From: Nitrososphaerota archaeon
GTDB lineage: Archaea; Thermoproteota; Nitrososphaeria_A; Caldarchaeales; Calditenuaceae
DNA: 64,000 bases
Assembly: GCA_038845265.1 (NCBI GenBank)
Contig: JAWBQR010000001.1
Coordinates: forward strand, 64,001 to 128,000
Direction of reading: 5' to 3'
Shown here in pieces: positions 10,511 through 21,186 of the stretch. The notes beneath the pieces are model-generated. The model did no database searches, was not told the DNA's origin, and saw only the letters and a list, made by a program, of their open reading frames with translations. A program made the translations under genes and the position numbers. Numbering within the stretch: the stretch's first letter is position 1; each line of letters begins with the position of its first letter.

Positions 10511-11902
10511 GTGATTATGAATCAACGAACATTAGTTAATCCATTCATACCTCATAATGAAGAGGAAATTGCTGAAATGATGCAGACCATAGGAATTAAG
10601 TCGTTAGAAGAGCTTTTTAGCGATATTCCCAGGGAATACATTATTACTGAAGAACCAGAGTTTGAAGGACCATTGTCTGAGAAGGAGATGATAAATCAAA
10701 TCTTTAGAATAGCTTCCAAAAATTTGACTTTTCCAAAGCTGCAACTACACATTGGCCAAGGCGCATATCTTAGGTACGTCCCAGCAGCGGTCAAAGAAGT
10801 ATTGCGAAGAAGTGAATTCCTAACTTCTTATACACCGTATCAACCTGAAGCATCACAAGGCATCCTTACAGCTCTTTTTGAATATCAAAGCCTGATGGCT
10901 GAGCTGCTCGGACTGGAGATTGTTAACTCTTCGATGTATGATTGGTCCACTGCACTGGGCGAGGCTTGCAGGATGACCATTAGATTAACCGGGAAAAAGA
11001 AGATTTTAGTCGGAAGATATACTTTCAAGCAGAGGTTAGAGACACTCTCTACTTATATTGAGCCTATAAGTGGCGTTGTTAGAGAAATAGGATATACTCC
11101 GGATGGGAGGCTCAACATTGACGAGCTAGAACAAAATTTGAACGACACCGCAGCACTGTATGTTGAGTATCCTAATAGTTTGGGATTCATAACACAAAAT
11201 CTTGATGAGTTGGCAGATATTGTACATCGTAAAGGTGCATATTTAATTACAGGTGTTGAACCAACAGTTTTAGGAATTATTAAATCACCTGGAGAGCTTG
11301 GAGCAGATATTGCAGTAGGCGAGGGACAGTCGCTCGGACTTCCATTATCATTTGGAGGACCGTCGCTCGGAATCTTCGCATGTAGGGACGATCCGAAAAT
11401 GCTTAGGAATATGCCTGGAAGATTAATAGGGATGACTGAAGATGTCCAAGGAACAAGGAGATGTTTCACGATGGTTCTCCAGACTAGAGAGCAACATATC
11501 AAGAGAGAAAAAGCTACATCGAATATCTGCACCAATCAAGCATTAATGGCCATTGGAGTAGCTGCTTATTTGGCATTATTAGGAAAAAAAGGATTGAGAG
11601 AGCTAGCCGAGTATATCTTTGCATTGACTGATTACGCGATTAAAAGATTCTCTGAGCTTGATTTTGTTAAGGTTCCTCTCGCTGGTCTCCCACATTACCA
11701 AGAATTTGCCTACACAGTTAGAGGATTAGCGGCCCATGAAGTACTTAGTAAACTGCTGAAAAAGGGGATAGTTGGTGGATTTAATATTAGTGAGATTTAT
11801 CCAGAATTCCGAGAGGCCATAGTTACTTGTTTCACAGAAGTTCATGATAATAAATCTGTGGAGAACTACGTCGCCGCGCTTAGTGAGGTGTTGCCAAAAT
11901 GA
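10511..11902 (+). CDS. gcvPA: glycine dehydrogenase (decarboxylating) subunit 1
   Basis: YTPYQPEASQG, REQHIKREKATSNICTNQAL. Confidence 0.95.
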   Translation: MIMNQRTLVNPFIPHNEEEIAEMMQTIGIKSLEELFSDIPREYIITEEPEFEGPLSEKEMINQIFRIASKNLTFPKLQLHIGQGAYLRYVPAAVKEVLRRSEFLTSYTPYQPEASQGILTALFEYQSLMAELLGLEIVNSSMYDWSTALGEACRMTIRLTGKKKILVGRYTFKQRLETLSTYIEPISGVVREIGYTPDGRLNIDELEQNLNDTAALYVEYPNSLGFITQNLDELADIVHRKGAYLITGVEPTVLGIIKSPGELGADIAVGEGQSLGLPLSFGGPSLGIFACRDDPKMLRNMPGRLIGMTEDVQGTRRCFTMVLQTREQHIKREKATSNICTNQALMAIGVAAYLALLGKKGLRELAEYIFALTDYAIKRFSELDFVKVPLAGLPHYQEFAYTVRGLAAHEVLSKLLKKGIVGGFNISEIYPEFREAIVTCFTEVHDNKSVENYVAALSEVLPK

Positions 11903-13443
11903 ATAATGAGTTTAGACAGGCAAGATGGGCTGAACCACTACTGTTTGAGATTACTAGGAAAAATGCAGGGAATTATAGCACGGTGAGTTGGAACGACATT
12001 CTAATTAGTTCTAAAAATAGGGCAATCAGCAATCTTCCTAAAAACCTATTGAGGGGCACATTTAACCTTCCTGAGGTCTCTGAGGTGGAAGTAATTCGTC
12101 ATTTCACCAGACTCAGTCAAATGAATTACAGTGTCTCAACTGGTTTTTATCCGCTTGGAAGCTGTACGATGAAGTATAATCCAGTGGGAAATGAAGAGGC
12201 TGTTACGATTAATGAATTAATGAATGCTCATCCATTACAGGATCCATCAACTGTTCAGGGATGCCTTGAAATACTCTATAGGTTGGAGAAAATGCTCTGC
12301 TCAGTAACTGGGATGGATAGATTTTCATTTGCTCCTGCAGCTGGCGCACACGGTGAATTTGCAGGATGCCTCATAATGAGAAAATATCATCTTGATAAGG
12401 GAGAAAAACGTAGCGTAGTCATTGTTCCAGACTCTGCGCACGGCACAAATCCAGCTTCAGCCTCAATGGCTGGATTTGAGGTTGAAGAAGTAGAGTCCGA
12501 TGAGCATGGATTGGTCAATGTTGAGAGGCTGAAAGAGATGATGGGCGAGGACGTAGCTGGATTAATGTTAACAAATCCAAATACACTGGGACTATTTGAA
12601 AGAAGGATTAAGGAGATAGTTGAGATTGTCCGTTCCTATGACGGGCTACTCTACTATGATGGAGCAAATCTTAATGCAATAGCAGGGATAGCCAGGCCTG
12701 GAGACATGGGATTTGATATCGTTCACCTAAATCTCCATAAAACATTTTCAACGCCTCACGGCGGCGGAGGCCCTGGGTCAGGACCAGTCGGCGTAAAAGA
12801 CAGATTAATAAAGTATTTACCTCCGCCCTTAATATCATATTCTCCCGAAAGAGGTTACTACTTTGAGCCAGAAGGCAAGGAATCAATAGGCCGAATCAGA
12901 GCATTTCACGGAAACTTCCTAGTATGCGTAAAGGCATACGCTTATTTGCTAAGACTTGGATGGAGGGGTCTTAAGGAGGCATCCGAAATAGCTGTACTAA
13001 CCTCCAATTACCTTCTCTCAAAGATAAAAACCATTGAGAAAGTAACATTGCCCTATGACTCATCCGTTCCGAGGAAGCATGAATTTGTGATTAGTCTTAA
13101 AAAATTGCTGAAGGAAACGAGCGTCTCCGCCAAGGATGTTGCTAAAAGATTATTAGATTATGGTTTCCACGCACCTACGATCTATTTTCCATTAATAGTC
13201 GAAGAGGCCTTCATGATTGAGCCAACCGAGACAGAACCCAAGAGAGAACTCGACAGATATGCGGACACTTTGAGAAAAATTATAAATGAGGCATATACTT
13301 CTGCAGAAAATGTAAAGAATGCACCTCAAAACACTTCTGTCAAAAGAGTAGACGAGGTAAAGGCAAATCATCCCCGCACACTTATACTTAGCTGGAAAAT
13401 CTATACTAAGAAGATAGGCGTCAGTAATAATGGAGATGCCTAG
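11899..13443 (+). CDS. gcvPB: glycine dehydrogenase (decarboxylating) subunit 2
   Basis: PLGSCTMKYNP, SAHGTNPASA, HLNLHKTFSTPHGGGGPG (PLP lysine). Confidence 0.95.
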   Translation: MNNEFRQARWAEPLLFEITRKNAGNYSTVSWNDILISSKNRAISNLPKNLLRGTFNLPEVSEVEVIRHFTRLSQMNYSVSTGFYPLGSCTMKYNPVGNEEAVTINELMNAHPLQDPSTVQGCLEILYRLEKMLCSVTGMDRFSFAPAAGAHGEFAGCLIMRKYHLDKGEKRSVVIVPDSAHGTNPASASMAGFEVEEVESDEHGLVNVERLKEMMGEDVAGLMLTNPNTLGLFERRIKEIVEIVRSYDGLLYYDGANLNAIAGIARPGDMGFDIVHLNLHKTFSTPHGGGGPGSGPVGVKDRLIKYLPPPLISYSPERGYYFEPEGKESIGRIRAFHGNFLVCVKAYAYLLRLGWRGLKEASEIAVLTSNYLLSKIKTIEKVTLPYDSSVPRKHEFVISLKKLLKETSVSAKDVAKRLLDYGFHAPTIYFPLIVEEAFMIEPTETEPKRELDRYADTLRKIINEAYTSAENVKNAPQNTSVKRVDEVKANHPRTLILSWKIYTKKIGVSNNGDA

Positions 13444-13445
13444 CT

Positions 13446-14540
13446 ATGACCTTGAGAGAACCTGTATTATTTCCAATTCATGAAAAATCGGCTAAAGAGA
13501 TAAGCGAATTTGAAGGATGGCGCACGCCTCTCTTTTACAGATCATTAAAAGATGAACACTATGCTGTTAGAAACCATGTAGGTGTCTTTGACGTAAGTCA
13601 CATGAAGCGATCTTTAATTCGTGGAGCAGGAGCAGCAAAGTACCTCTCTGAAATCTTAACTGTTGATGCATCCCGACTTAAAATAGGAAAAATGAAGTAT
13701 TGCTTATTATTAAATGAGAAGGCCGGCATCATTGATGACGGCACGGTTTTAAGGACAGGTGATGATGAATATCTTCTGACTACTAATGCTGCTACTGATT
13801 TAAAGGTTCATAATTGGATTAGGAGTTTTGCGCCGTCAACGGTGAATATTGAGGACGTTACAGATAGCACGGTACTGCTAGCTATACAGGGTCCAAGAGC
13901 CATAGAATTAGTACCTAAGTTGCTTAACTACGATGTTAGTGGACTTAAGTGGTTTACTGGAACATTCTTAAAACACGTAGGAATCGATATCATAGTTACG
14001 AGAAGTGGATATACAGGTGAAGACGGGTTCGAGCTACTGATAAAGTCTGGTAATTATCAAGAGGCTGGAAAAATATGGAATAACATAATATCTCTCGGCG
14101 CTGTTCCATGCGGTCTAGCTGCCCGAGATATTCTGAGACTGGAGGCGAGTTATCCACTATCACAAGTCGATTTTGATGACTCTACCACGCCAGTTGAGGC
14201 ACGACTAGAGTGGGCAATACAGCTTGAGGGACATGAATTCGTAGGTAAAAAGGCGTTTGAAGAAATACTTCGAACATCTCCCATGAGATTCTTAGTAGGC
14301 ATAGAACTTGAAGAACCCGGAGTACCAAGGAGAGGCATGGAAGTATTTGATGACACAAAAAAAGTCGGATACATAACTAGTGGAAACTTATCACCAACAC
14401 TGAAAAAAGGGATAGCCCTAGGATATGTTACCAGCAAAGTTGCTGAGAAAGATCATGTAATTAAAGTGAAAATAAAAGATGAGTACAGGGAAGCCAGGAT
14501 AAAGCTTGGACCATTTATAAGCCTAAAAATACCAAGGTAG
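13446..14540 (+). CDS. gcvT: glycine cleavage aminomethyltransferase T
   Basis: FDVSHM, AIQGP, SGYTGEDGFE, GLAARDILRLEA. Confidence 0.93.
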   Translation: MTLREPVLFPIHEKSAKEISEFEGWRTPLFYRSLKDEHYAVRNHVGVFDVSHMKRSLIRGAGAAKYLSEILTVDASRLKIGKMKYCLLLNEKAGIIDDGTVLRTGDDEYLLTTNAATDLKVHNWIRSFAPSTVNIEDVTDSTVLLAIQGPRAIELVPKLLNYDVSGLKWFTGTFLKHVGIDIIVTRSGYTGEDGFELLIKSGNYQEAGKIWNNIISLGAVPCGLAARDILRLEASYPLSQVDFDDSTTPVEARLEWAIQLEGHEFVGKKAFEEILRTSPMRFLVGIELEEPGVPRRGMEVFDDTKKVGYITSGNLSPTLKKGIALGYVTSKVAEKDHVIKVKIKDEYREARIKLGPFISLKIPR

Positions 14541-14545
14541 CGTTC

Positions 14546-15898
14546 TTGAATAAAGAAGGTGAAATCTTACATAAAATTCTTCATAAAGTTGGATACGAAA
14601 AAAGAGGGGAGTTAGAGAAGAGGATTAATCAACTTATTAATGAAAATCCAAGACTGTCAAGGCTCGGTGCTCTCTACCTAATCGGCGAAGAGCTCGGAAT
14701 ATTTGAACAGGTTGATTCTGTAGAATATACTGTGCCGATCGCTAAGCTTGTTGGGGGACTAAACAACGTTAATGTTCGCTGCAGAGTAATAGGAAAGAGA
14801 GGCCCATTCAAGACAGATAAGACTGAGTATGCATACTTGAGACTTGGGGATAACTCTGGTGTAATCTCAGCAATAGCTTGGAATGAAGCACTAAAAAAGA
14901 TAAAAGAAATGAATGTTGATGTAGGAGATGTAGTAATTATCAAAGATGCTTATACGAGGGAAAGCATAAATGGAAAGACAGAGCTTCACTTAAATAAGAC
15001 CACAGTCATTAAGAAGGACGAAGACTCAGATATTCAATCATTAGAAGCCTTTTTCAAAGAAGAATTGCCTTCAAACGAAAAAGAGTTTGAAGTAGACGTC
15101 AAGGCAAAAATATTGGGCCTCTCCGACGAACTCTCGATTTATTATCGAGGGGAAAAAATACCCTTGAGGGAAGCTTTACTATTGGTTACCGATAGATTAA
15201 TCAGCACGACAGCATGGAGGGGTCAAGTTGAACTCTTCAAAGATGCATCACCGGGACAAACGGCATTAATTGCAGCTGCTAAGTACCAAAATAAAAAATT
15301 AATTATGACTTCTAAAACGTGTATAAAGTTCATTACTGACACACCCGAAGATGCCATACCTCCACTAGAGATAATTATCCTTGATAAATTAAATTTGAAG
15401 GACGAAGACTATATTTACATTGCCGCTTGTTCTAATTATATCCTTTTTGTTAAACACCCCGACATTCAATTAGGACGGAGCTACATCGTAAAGAAATACG
15501 AACTAATCTACAGTAATAAAAGATGGTTGTTAATTCCGCAAGAACTGATTGAAATACAGAAAAACTCAGCAGGGGGCGTCCAGCCTATTTATTCATTAAG
15601 CAGTCATTCAGATGATTTAACATATGTTTGCGTCGAAGGACGAGTCGAGTCGAAGACACCTCTAGCCTCCAAACAATTAAAAAACGGAGAAGAATTAGAG
15701 ACTCTTAATTTTTGGCTAACAGATGGTGTTACAAATATTTATTGTAGGGCCTTTGGTAAAAGCGCATCCATAATTAATTATACACCAGAGAAATCTTTAA
15801 TTCGACTTAAATGGGCCAGGGTAAGAAAGACCAAGTTCGGTTATATAGAATTAATTGTGGATGATGCATCAAATATAGAGCTTATTAGGGAAGGTTAA
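14546..15898 (+). CDS. multi-OB-fold ssDNA-binding protein (RPA-like)
   Basis: N-terminal helical segment (GALYLIGEELGI) followed by repeated OB folds (LGDNSGVISAIAWN; LTDGVTNIYCRAFG). Confidence 0.7.
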   Translation: MNKEGEILHKILHKVGYEKRGELEKRINQLINENPRLSRLGALYLIGEELGIFEQVDSVEYTVPIAKLVGGLNNVNVRCRVIGKRGPFKTDKTEYAYLRLGDNSGVISAIAWNEALKKIKEMNVDVGDVVIIKDAYTRESINGKTELHLNKTTVIKKDEDSDIQSLEAFFKEELPSNEKEFEVDVKAKILGLSDELSIYYRGEKIPLREALLLVTDRLISTTAWRGQVELFKDASPGQTALIAAAKYQNKKLIMTSKTCIKFITDTPEDAIPPLEIIILDKLNLKDEDYIYIAACSNYILFVKHPDIQLGRSYIVKKYELIYSNKRWLLIPQELIEIQKNSAGGVQPIYSLSSHSDDLTYVCVEGRVESKTPLASKQLKNGEELETLNFWLTDGVTNIYCRAFGKSASIINYTPEKSLIRLKWARVRKTKFGYIELIVDDASNIELIREG

Positions 15899-16745
15899 CA
15901 TCAGTAGAATCCTTTACATTTTTTACTGAGAAGTCGCCAAACTCCTGTGTGTCTTTTACTGTACGTTCTGTCTCAGGACTATATCTATATCCACTTAGTA
16001 TCGAAGCTTGAGCACCTAGGTTGCGGAGCTCTAATACCCTCAAGGGCGGCCCAATGCTTATTCCTTTATTCCTTATAATTTCAAAGGTATAGATCGTAGA
16101 GTCGGCGGGTGACCATCGCATCTTTCTTACATATAGAGTTCTTATTAGGCGTCCTCCAACTCTGACGAGACCAATGACGATTACTCCTGATGAGAGATAT
16201 TCTTCGTATCCAAATCTGCTGAGCTTATTTGAGCCTGTCGGTATATCGCATGTGATCACTGTGGTAGCGCCTATTCTTTCCTCTAAGAATAAAATTATCT
16301 CGCGAATATATTCGCGAACAGCGAATTCATCCCCTGCGCCAAATGCCATCGCCGAGATCGGGTCTAACACAATTCTAGAGACCTTTCCCCCTCTTGTCAT
16401 TTTGACGATTGTGTCGATGTATGCTTTGCTATCTTTCCTGTATTTTCCTAAATCTTCAGAGTATATTCTTATCTCAAATGGGTAGAAGTGTCCTGCCTTG
16501 TAATAGCTCCAAAAATCCCACCCAAGCGTTAAGGCCCCATCAAGCACTGCGGATATTCTCTCGTCTAATGAGACATAAGCTACGTCTTCACCCTTTTGAA
16601 GACCATCCATCAAAAATTGCAAGCTCATTATTGTTTTGCCTACTCCTGTCTCGCCTGTAATTAGGTATGTCTTGCCACGTATAAAGCCGCCTCCTAGTAT
16701 TCTGTCAAGCATCGGTATACCTGTAGAGACTCGTTCGATCAGCAT
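15885..16745 (-). CDS. KaiC/RAD55-family RecA-fold ATPase, single domain
   Basis: STGIPMLDRILGGG, Walker A GETGVGKT, RIVLDPIS, VRKMR. ATG at 16745; ORF extends to 16763. Confidence 0.88.
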   Translation of the reverse strand: MLIERVSTGIPMLDRILGGGFIRGKTYLITGETGVGKTIMSLQFLMDGLQKGEDVAYVSLDERISAVLDGALTLGWDFWSYYKAGHFYPFEIRIYSEDLGKYRKDSKAYIDTIVKMTRGGKVSRIVLDPISAMAFGAGDEFAVREYIREIILFLEERIGATTVITCDIPTGSNKLSRFGYEEYLSSGVIVIGLVRVGGRLIRTLYVRKMRWSPADSTIYTFEIIRNKGISIGPPLRVLELRNLGAQASILSGYRYSPETERTVKDTQEFGDFSVKNVKDSTDVNLP

Positions 16746-16792
16746 TACATTAATACCATGCATAAGGATTATTTAAGTAAAACCTTAATTCA

Positions 16793-17092
16793 CTATCCAA
16801 ATAAGCTACCGAAGCCTGCAAGAGCATTTTCATCCTCTTCTTTGAGCTTTTTTAATACCTCCCCTTTTTCCTGCTCTTCAATCTCTTTGCCGGCTTCGCC
16901 AATGATCTCTTTTATGCGTTTGAGTTGTTCCTCAGTGCCTATAACTCTTATATAGTAGCCATCTTTACCCGTTAACAGTTTGGCGTCTTTGAATACTAGA
17001 TTTGCCTTTGAGGCTACCTCATCACTCATCAATGCCTGTCTTATCGTTTCTAATTTTTCTCCTGCGATCAAGTAAATTTGTTGGTTCTCCAT
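16793..17092 (-). CDS. small charged hypothetical protein
   Basis: 99 aa with a credible sequence ending ALAGFGSLFG; directly upstream of the KaiC-like gene on the same strand. Confidence 0.65.
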   Translation of the reverse strand: MENQQIYLIAGEKLETIRQALMSDEVASKANLVFKDAKLLTGKDGYYIRVIGTEEQLKRIKEIIGEAGKEIEEQEKGEVLKKLKEEDENALAGFGSLFG

Positions 17093-17190
17093 TGGTATCC
17101 ATCTTAATGTATAATAAGACTACTATATTAACACATTCAATGAGTAAAATTTATTCTCTGGGAACAAAAAAATATTTTTGGCCGAGGGCA

Positions 17191-17832
17191 TTGAGTCAAA
17201 AAAGCGATTCTCCTATCATCAGGAAATTAAACGAGTTGGGAATGGAGCCTGGAATAATATATGAAACAATAATCACATCGGTAGATCGTAATTGCAACCC
17301 TCATTCTGCTGCGATGGGAATAATACTTGAAGAAAATGAAGATTCTGTACTGATTAAAATAAGGGCTTATCCGTCATCAAAGACGGGGCAGAATCTTTTA
17401 ATTAACGGCCTCGGAGTCGTGAACATCACTGATCCTGAATTACTTATTAGGGTAGCGTTAGACATGCCTCCAGAAATTGTGTACGTCAAGTCATCCTGCA
17501 TCGGTGTACCTCGAATAAGCAATGCTGCTGCTTGGATAGAGTTCAAGGTCATAAATATCTCTAAGAAAAACGAGATAATTGAGTTTATATGTTTACCGCT
17601 AAATGTTGATTATTTTGAGGTGAAGCCAAAGCCCTATACGAGGGCAGTTTATGCTCTGCTAGAGGCTATAATTCATGCATCAAAAATCAGAGCATACAAA
17701 GAACTTGGAGATTTGCATAAGGTCTCCGAACTACAAGACCTGATAAATATGAATTTAAAAGTTGTTGAAAAAGTAGCGTCTAAATCGAGATATGAATTGA
17801 TAGTAAATGAAATCAAGAAGAGGTATTTTTAG
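17191..17832 (+). CDS. DUF447 family protein (FMN-binding split barrel-like)
   Basis: YETIITS...PHSAAMG, S-x-T-x-x-N, LLEAIIHASK. TTG start with upstream GAGG. Confidence 0.75.
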   Translation: MSQKSDSPIIRKLNELGMEPGIIYETIITSVDRNCNPHSAAMGIILEENEDSVLIKIRAYPSSKTGQNLLINGLGVVNITDPELLIRVALDMPPEIVYVKSSCIGVPRISNAAAWIEFKVINISKKNEIIEFICLPLNVDYFEVKPKPYTRAVYALLEAIIHASKIRAYKELGDLHKVSELQDLINMNLKVVEKVASKSRYELIVNEIKKRYF

Positions 17833-18352
17833 ATTTAACGACACTATCTCTCAAGATGAATAGAATATCTATCAAGAGTACTGATAATATTAGCAAGTAG
17901 CTTATTGGATAGTAGCGCTCATCTTTTAAAATGAGCGCTAAGTACCCGAGACCAGTCCAGTAAGGGATTTTTATGCCTGTCCACTTACCAATTATCTGTT
18001 CTGGAGGTATTGGTGACCAAGGATCGGGATCTCTGTTTGCGTCTCCCTTTGTGATTATCCCGGCTGGGGTCTTAGCTATAGCTCTGTGAATTATCGGCGC
18101 CTCGTATCCCCATAACTTATAGACGATTACGTCTCCATTGTCCGGAGATGCAACTATTGAGTCATAGTCGACGCCCGTTATTACAAGGATATCGCCGACC
18201 TCTATGGTGGGCCTCATGCTTCCCGATTTTACAACCACTAATGGTGAAGGAGTGCCTAAGAGCATACTTATCAGCAAGAACAACATCAGTGCGAGAAAGA
18301 TAGTCGTTCCCAGCAATAATAAGTTCTTAAATATTCCTTTATAGATACTCAT
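17813..18352 (-). CDS. sec11: signal peptidase I (Sec11/SipW type)
   Basis: SGSMRPT, IIHR, TKGDAN motifs; ATGA overlap with the upstream gene. Confidence 0.9.
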   Translation of the reverse strand: MSIYKGIFKNLLLLGTTIFLALMLFLLISMLLGTPSPLVVVKSGSMRPTIEVGDILVITGVDYDSIVASPDNGDVIVYKLWGYEAPIIHRAIAKTPAGIITKGDANRDPDPWSPIPPEQIIGKWTGIKIPYWTGLGYLALILKDERYYPISYLLILSVLLIDILFILRDSVVKSKNTSS

Positions 18353-21084
18353 ACGTTTTTCTTGACCGGTTTCGGATGACGTTTCTTCCAATCTACACTC
18401 CGACCTCCAAGAACTGGACTTCTCCTAGTAGGTTTAACCTTGAAGGACCTGATGACGCTAAAGATGGAAACAGCGCCTAATGATGCCGAGGCCATCAGAG
18501 AAAGCATTAATCCAAAAGGACTAGATCTGCTCGTTACCAGAACCTTAGGCTCTACGTTATCAACAGATATCACATATGAATGCCTTGCATCATCAACACT
18601 ATATTCTACGATATAATCACCCTTTGCAAGCGAGACTAAGATTTTCCCATCCATGTCTGTCTCTCCAGATGTTATCAATTTATTGTCTCGTCTAAACTCA
18701 ACGTTTATTCCTGACATTGGATTCTCAGCCAAGTCGATTATGTAAAGTGAGAATTCATAAACATCGGTAGGCATGCTTAACTTTGTAGGTCCATTATGCT
18801 GAACCAACTTCTCGGCAACCTTGACTCCCTGATACTCTATCCAGACATTGTAGTTTGAGGATGGCAACTTGTATTGAAAGACCCCATCCTTAATATCTCC
18901 TACAAATACTTCCAGTCCGTCTTTTTCAAAATGTATAAGGGCTCTTTCAAGTGGTTCATCACCCCTCTCAGTAACTTTATAAGAATTCACCAGCATCGGG
19001 TATACCTTCGAAACTATTTCAATCGTTTGTCCATTTCTATCGATTTTATGAGCATCCTCATAAACATTTAAACCCAAATACTTCACCTTAATATTCATTG
19101 TTCCATTCGGCACCAGCATAGCCTCGATTATTCCTTTTTCATTAAGCTTGCCGACCAATTGATAATCACCAGCGATTCCCTCAAGCTCAGCGTTTGCTAG
19201 TGGCTCCTTTTCGCCGTCCACAACCTTAATAATAATTTGGTATACGCCTGTCCCAGATATGGTTAGAGTGGTTCTTGTCGGTGATAAATCATTTGGACCT
19301 GAATAAACTTTTATTCCCTTGTAATAAATAGTTGTAAAGACCCGCGAGAGGGGTACATTTTCAAACTCAGCCTCTCCGTTATCATTAGTTATTTTAGTAC
19401 TTTTATATTGACCAATCGATAATAAAATACTTGCACCAACAAGTTTATTATCGCCTGAATAATCTAAAGCAATAATTTTAACGTTTGATACAGATGCAAT
19501 AATGTCTAATTTTGATTCGTCAATTGACCTTTTTTCTATGTTTCCTTCGGCTACTAATTCTCCCATATAGAAGAATTGATAACTATACTTTATACGTAAT
19601 AGTCCCTTTACGATGGTCGAGTCTTCCTTAATATCGACCTCGCCAATCTTTTCACCATCCTGAAGCATCAAGATTAGTTTTCCACTTAGAGTCCTATTAT
19701 CTAATGAAAGTGCAGTAATTTTTACCTGTTTTGCATCTGGGGCTATTGTTATTATTGATTGGTGTTGTGGAGCATCTATACTTCCAGCACCGACAACATC
19801 AGAATTAATTACCAATTCATATTCATACTTAACTAAAGGGTGATCGCGATAAATTGCTGCTCCTTCAGAGATTTTCTTCTCTACTTGATATTTACCAAAC
19901 TTAATTCTCAGAGAGATATCTTCTTTCATATCTTTGAGCTTGCCGAATAGGTCTGCAGTTGATACTTTAATGCTGAAATCTCCAATTGAGGCAATAATAG
20001 AGATTGCGCCTATATCGCTCTCCTTAATAACCCCGCTGTATATCTCGGAGCCTTCAAAAAAGACTTTAAGTACGTAGTCGCGATTTTCATAAACTATTCC
20101 GAAGTTTAATATGCCATCATTTGTAGTTGCCTCAGCATAGGTGCGGCCATCATAAATCAGTCTGCCTGTATAAGTAAATCCTGCCGCCGTGTTTCCAGAC
20201 TTACTCTTGATGTTTACGATTAAGGTTTTCAATTGAAGACTTACATCAATTACTCTATTTCTGTTCAATGTAAAGGAATCAGATTTGTAGATCTCTTCTG
20301 ACTTATACTCAACCGTATATATGTATGTTCCCTGCGGAAGCAACTTGAAAGTAGCATTCCCATCAGTACCTGATATAAGTGTCGCAAAAGGAGTCCCAGT
20401 CACTTCTCCTCTCCATAGTTTAACCGTCGCTCCCTTAACTGGTTGCAGCGAGCTGTCTCGTAATCGAAGTGTAAGCCTGTAGAGATTTAGCGTTACTACA
20501 TATTCATATTCATCTGTAAGTGTTATGTCTTGACTGCTAGTCACAGCGACTTTATCTTCATACTTAATTGTCAGGTGGTATGTAGTTCCGTTTGGAAGAT
20601 TCTCAAAAACAACATATCCATTGCTATCCGTAACCTTTCTCTTATCTACATCTGGGTCTGTCTCGGTTGAAGTTATGTTTACCTTTGCGTTTGGCACTGG
20701 ATCAAGCTTCTCCGAAGACATTACTCTAATTTTCAAATTAAATACTCCCACACGGATTGTCTTAGGAGAACTAGGAGAGGAGTAATTCCAATCATCTATA
20801 TAACCAACCTCTCTATTCAGATATAACGCCTTCAAGATGTATGACTCATTTTTCAACGCTGTTAAAGATACTTTACCACTAGAGTCAGACGTACCTTCAG
20901 CTTCTACCTCATTATTAGTTTTATTTATAAGCTGAACCTTCACTCCTTTCAGTGGCGAGCCATGATAATTCTGGACCGTTATTTGGAAAGTTGTGTCCGC
21001 GAGAACAGGTATTGAAGTGAATTGAAAAATAATAACTAGTAGAAAGAAGGAGGTGATTAGCATTGTTGCTGAGGTTATTTTCAT
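18349..21084 (-). CDS. large cell-surface protein with tandem carboxypeptidase-regulatory-like beta-sandwich repeats and a C-terminal TM anchor
   Basis: Signal peptide (PVLA|DT); repeated P-L/V-x-G/N-A-x-V...TDxxG...F-x-N-L-P units of about 80-90 aa; C-terminal TM helix plus basic tail. Confidence 0.75.
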   Translation of the reverse strand: MKITSATMLITSFFLLVIIFQFTSIPVLADTTFQITVQNYHGSPLKGVKVQLINKTNNEVEAEGTSDSSGKVSLTALKNESYILKALYLNREVGYIDDWNYSSPSSPKTIRVGVFNLKIRVMSSEKLDPVPNAKVNITSTETDPDVDKRKVTDSNGYVVFENLPNGTTYHLTIKYEDKVAVTSSQDITLTDEYEYVVTLNLYRLTLRLRDSSLQPVKGATVKLWRGEVTGTPFATLISGTDGNATFKLLPQGTYIYTVEYKSEEIYKSDSFTLNRNRVIDVSLQLKTLIVNIKSKSGNTAAGFTYTGRLIYDGRTYAEATTNDGILNFGIVYENRDYVLKVFFEGSEIYSGVIKESDIGAISIIASIGDFSIKVSTADLFGKLKDMKEDISLRIKFGKYQVEKKISEGAAIYRDHPLVKYEYELVINSDVVGAGSIDAPQHQSIITIAPDAKQVKITALSLDNRTLSGKLILMLQDGEKIGEVDIKEDSTIVKGLLRIKYSYQFFYMGELVAEGNIEKRSIDESKLDIIASVSNVKIIALDYSGDNKLVGASILLSIGQYKSTKITNDNGEAEFENVPLSRVFTTIYYKGIKVYSGPNDLSPTRTTLTISGTGVYQIIIKVVDGEKEPLANAELEGIAGDYQLVGKLNEKGIIEAMLVPNGTMNIKVKYLGLNVYEDAHKIDRNGQTIEIVSKVYPMLVNSYKVTERGDEPLERALIHFEKDGLEVFVGDIKDGVFQYKLPSSNYNVWIEYQGVKVAEKLVQHNGPTKLSMPTDVYEFSLYIIDLAENPMSGINVEFRRDNKLITSGETDMDGKILVSLAKGDYIVEYSVDDARHSYVISVDNVEPKVLVTSRSSPFGLMLSLMASASLGAVSIFSVIRSFKVKPTRRSPVLGGRSVDWKKRHPKPVKKNV

Positions 21085-21127
21085 TTATAGAAAAAACATA
21101 ATCAGGAGGCTTTAAGCATTATCATTC

Positions 21128-21159
21128 AATAGAAATTGGGTACTATGAGCATTTCTATT
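21128..21159. terminator. intergenic hairpin, possible terminator or protein-binding site
   Basis: AATAGAAAT-N14-ATTTCTATT inverted repeat downstream of the lig operon. Confidence 0.3.
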
Positions 21160-21186
21160 CATCTTAAATAGGAATAGCGATGTTTT

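Noticed and set aside
17002-17190. Long N-terminus of the DUF447 ORF
   Set aside because: Overlaps the divergent gene and promoter region; TTG 17191 with upstream GAGG fits better.
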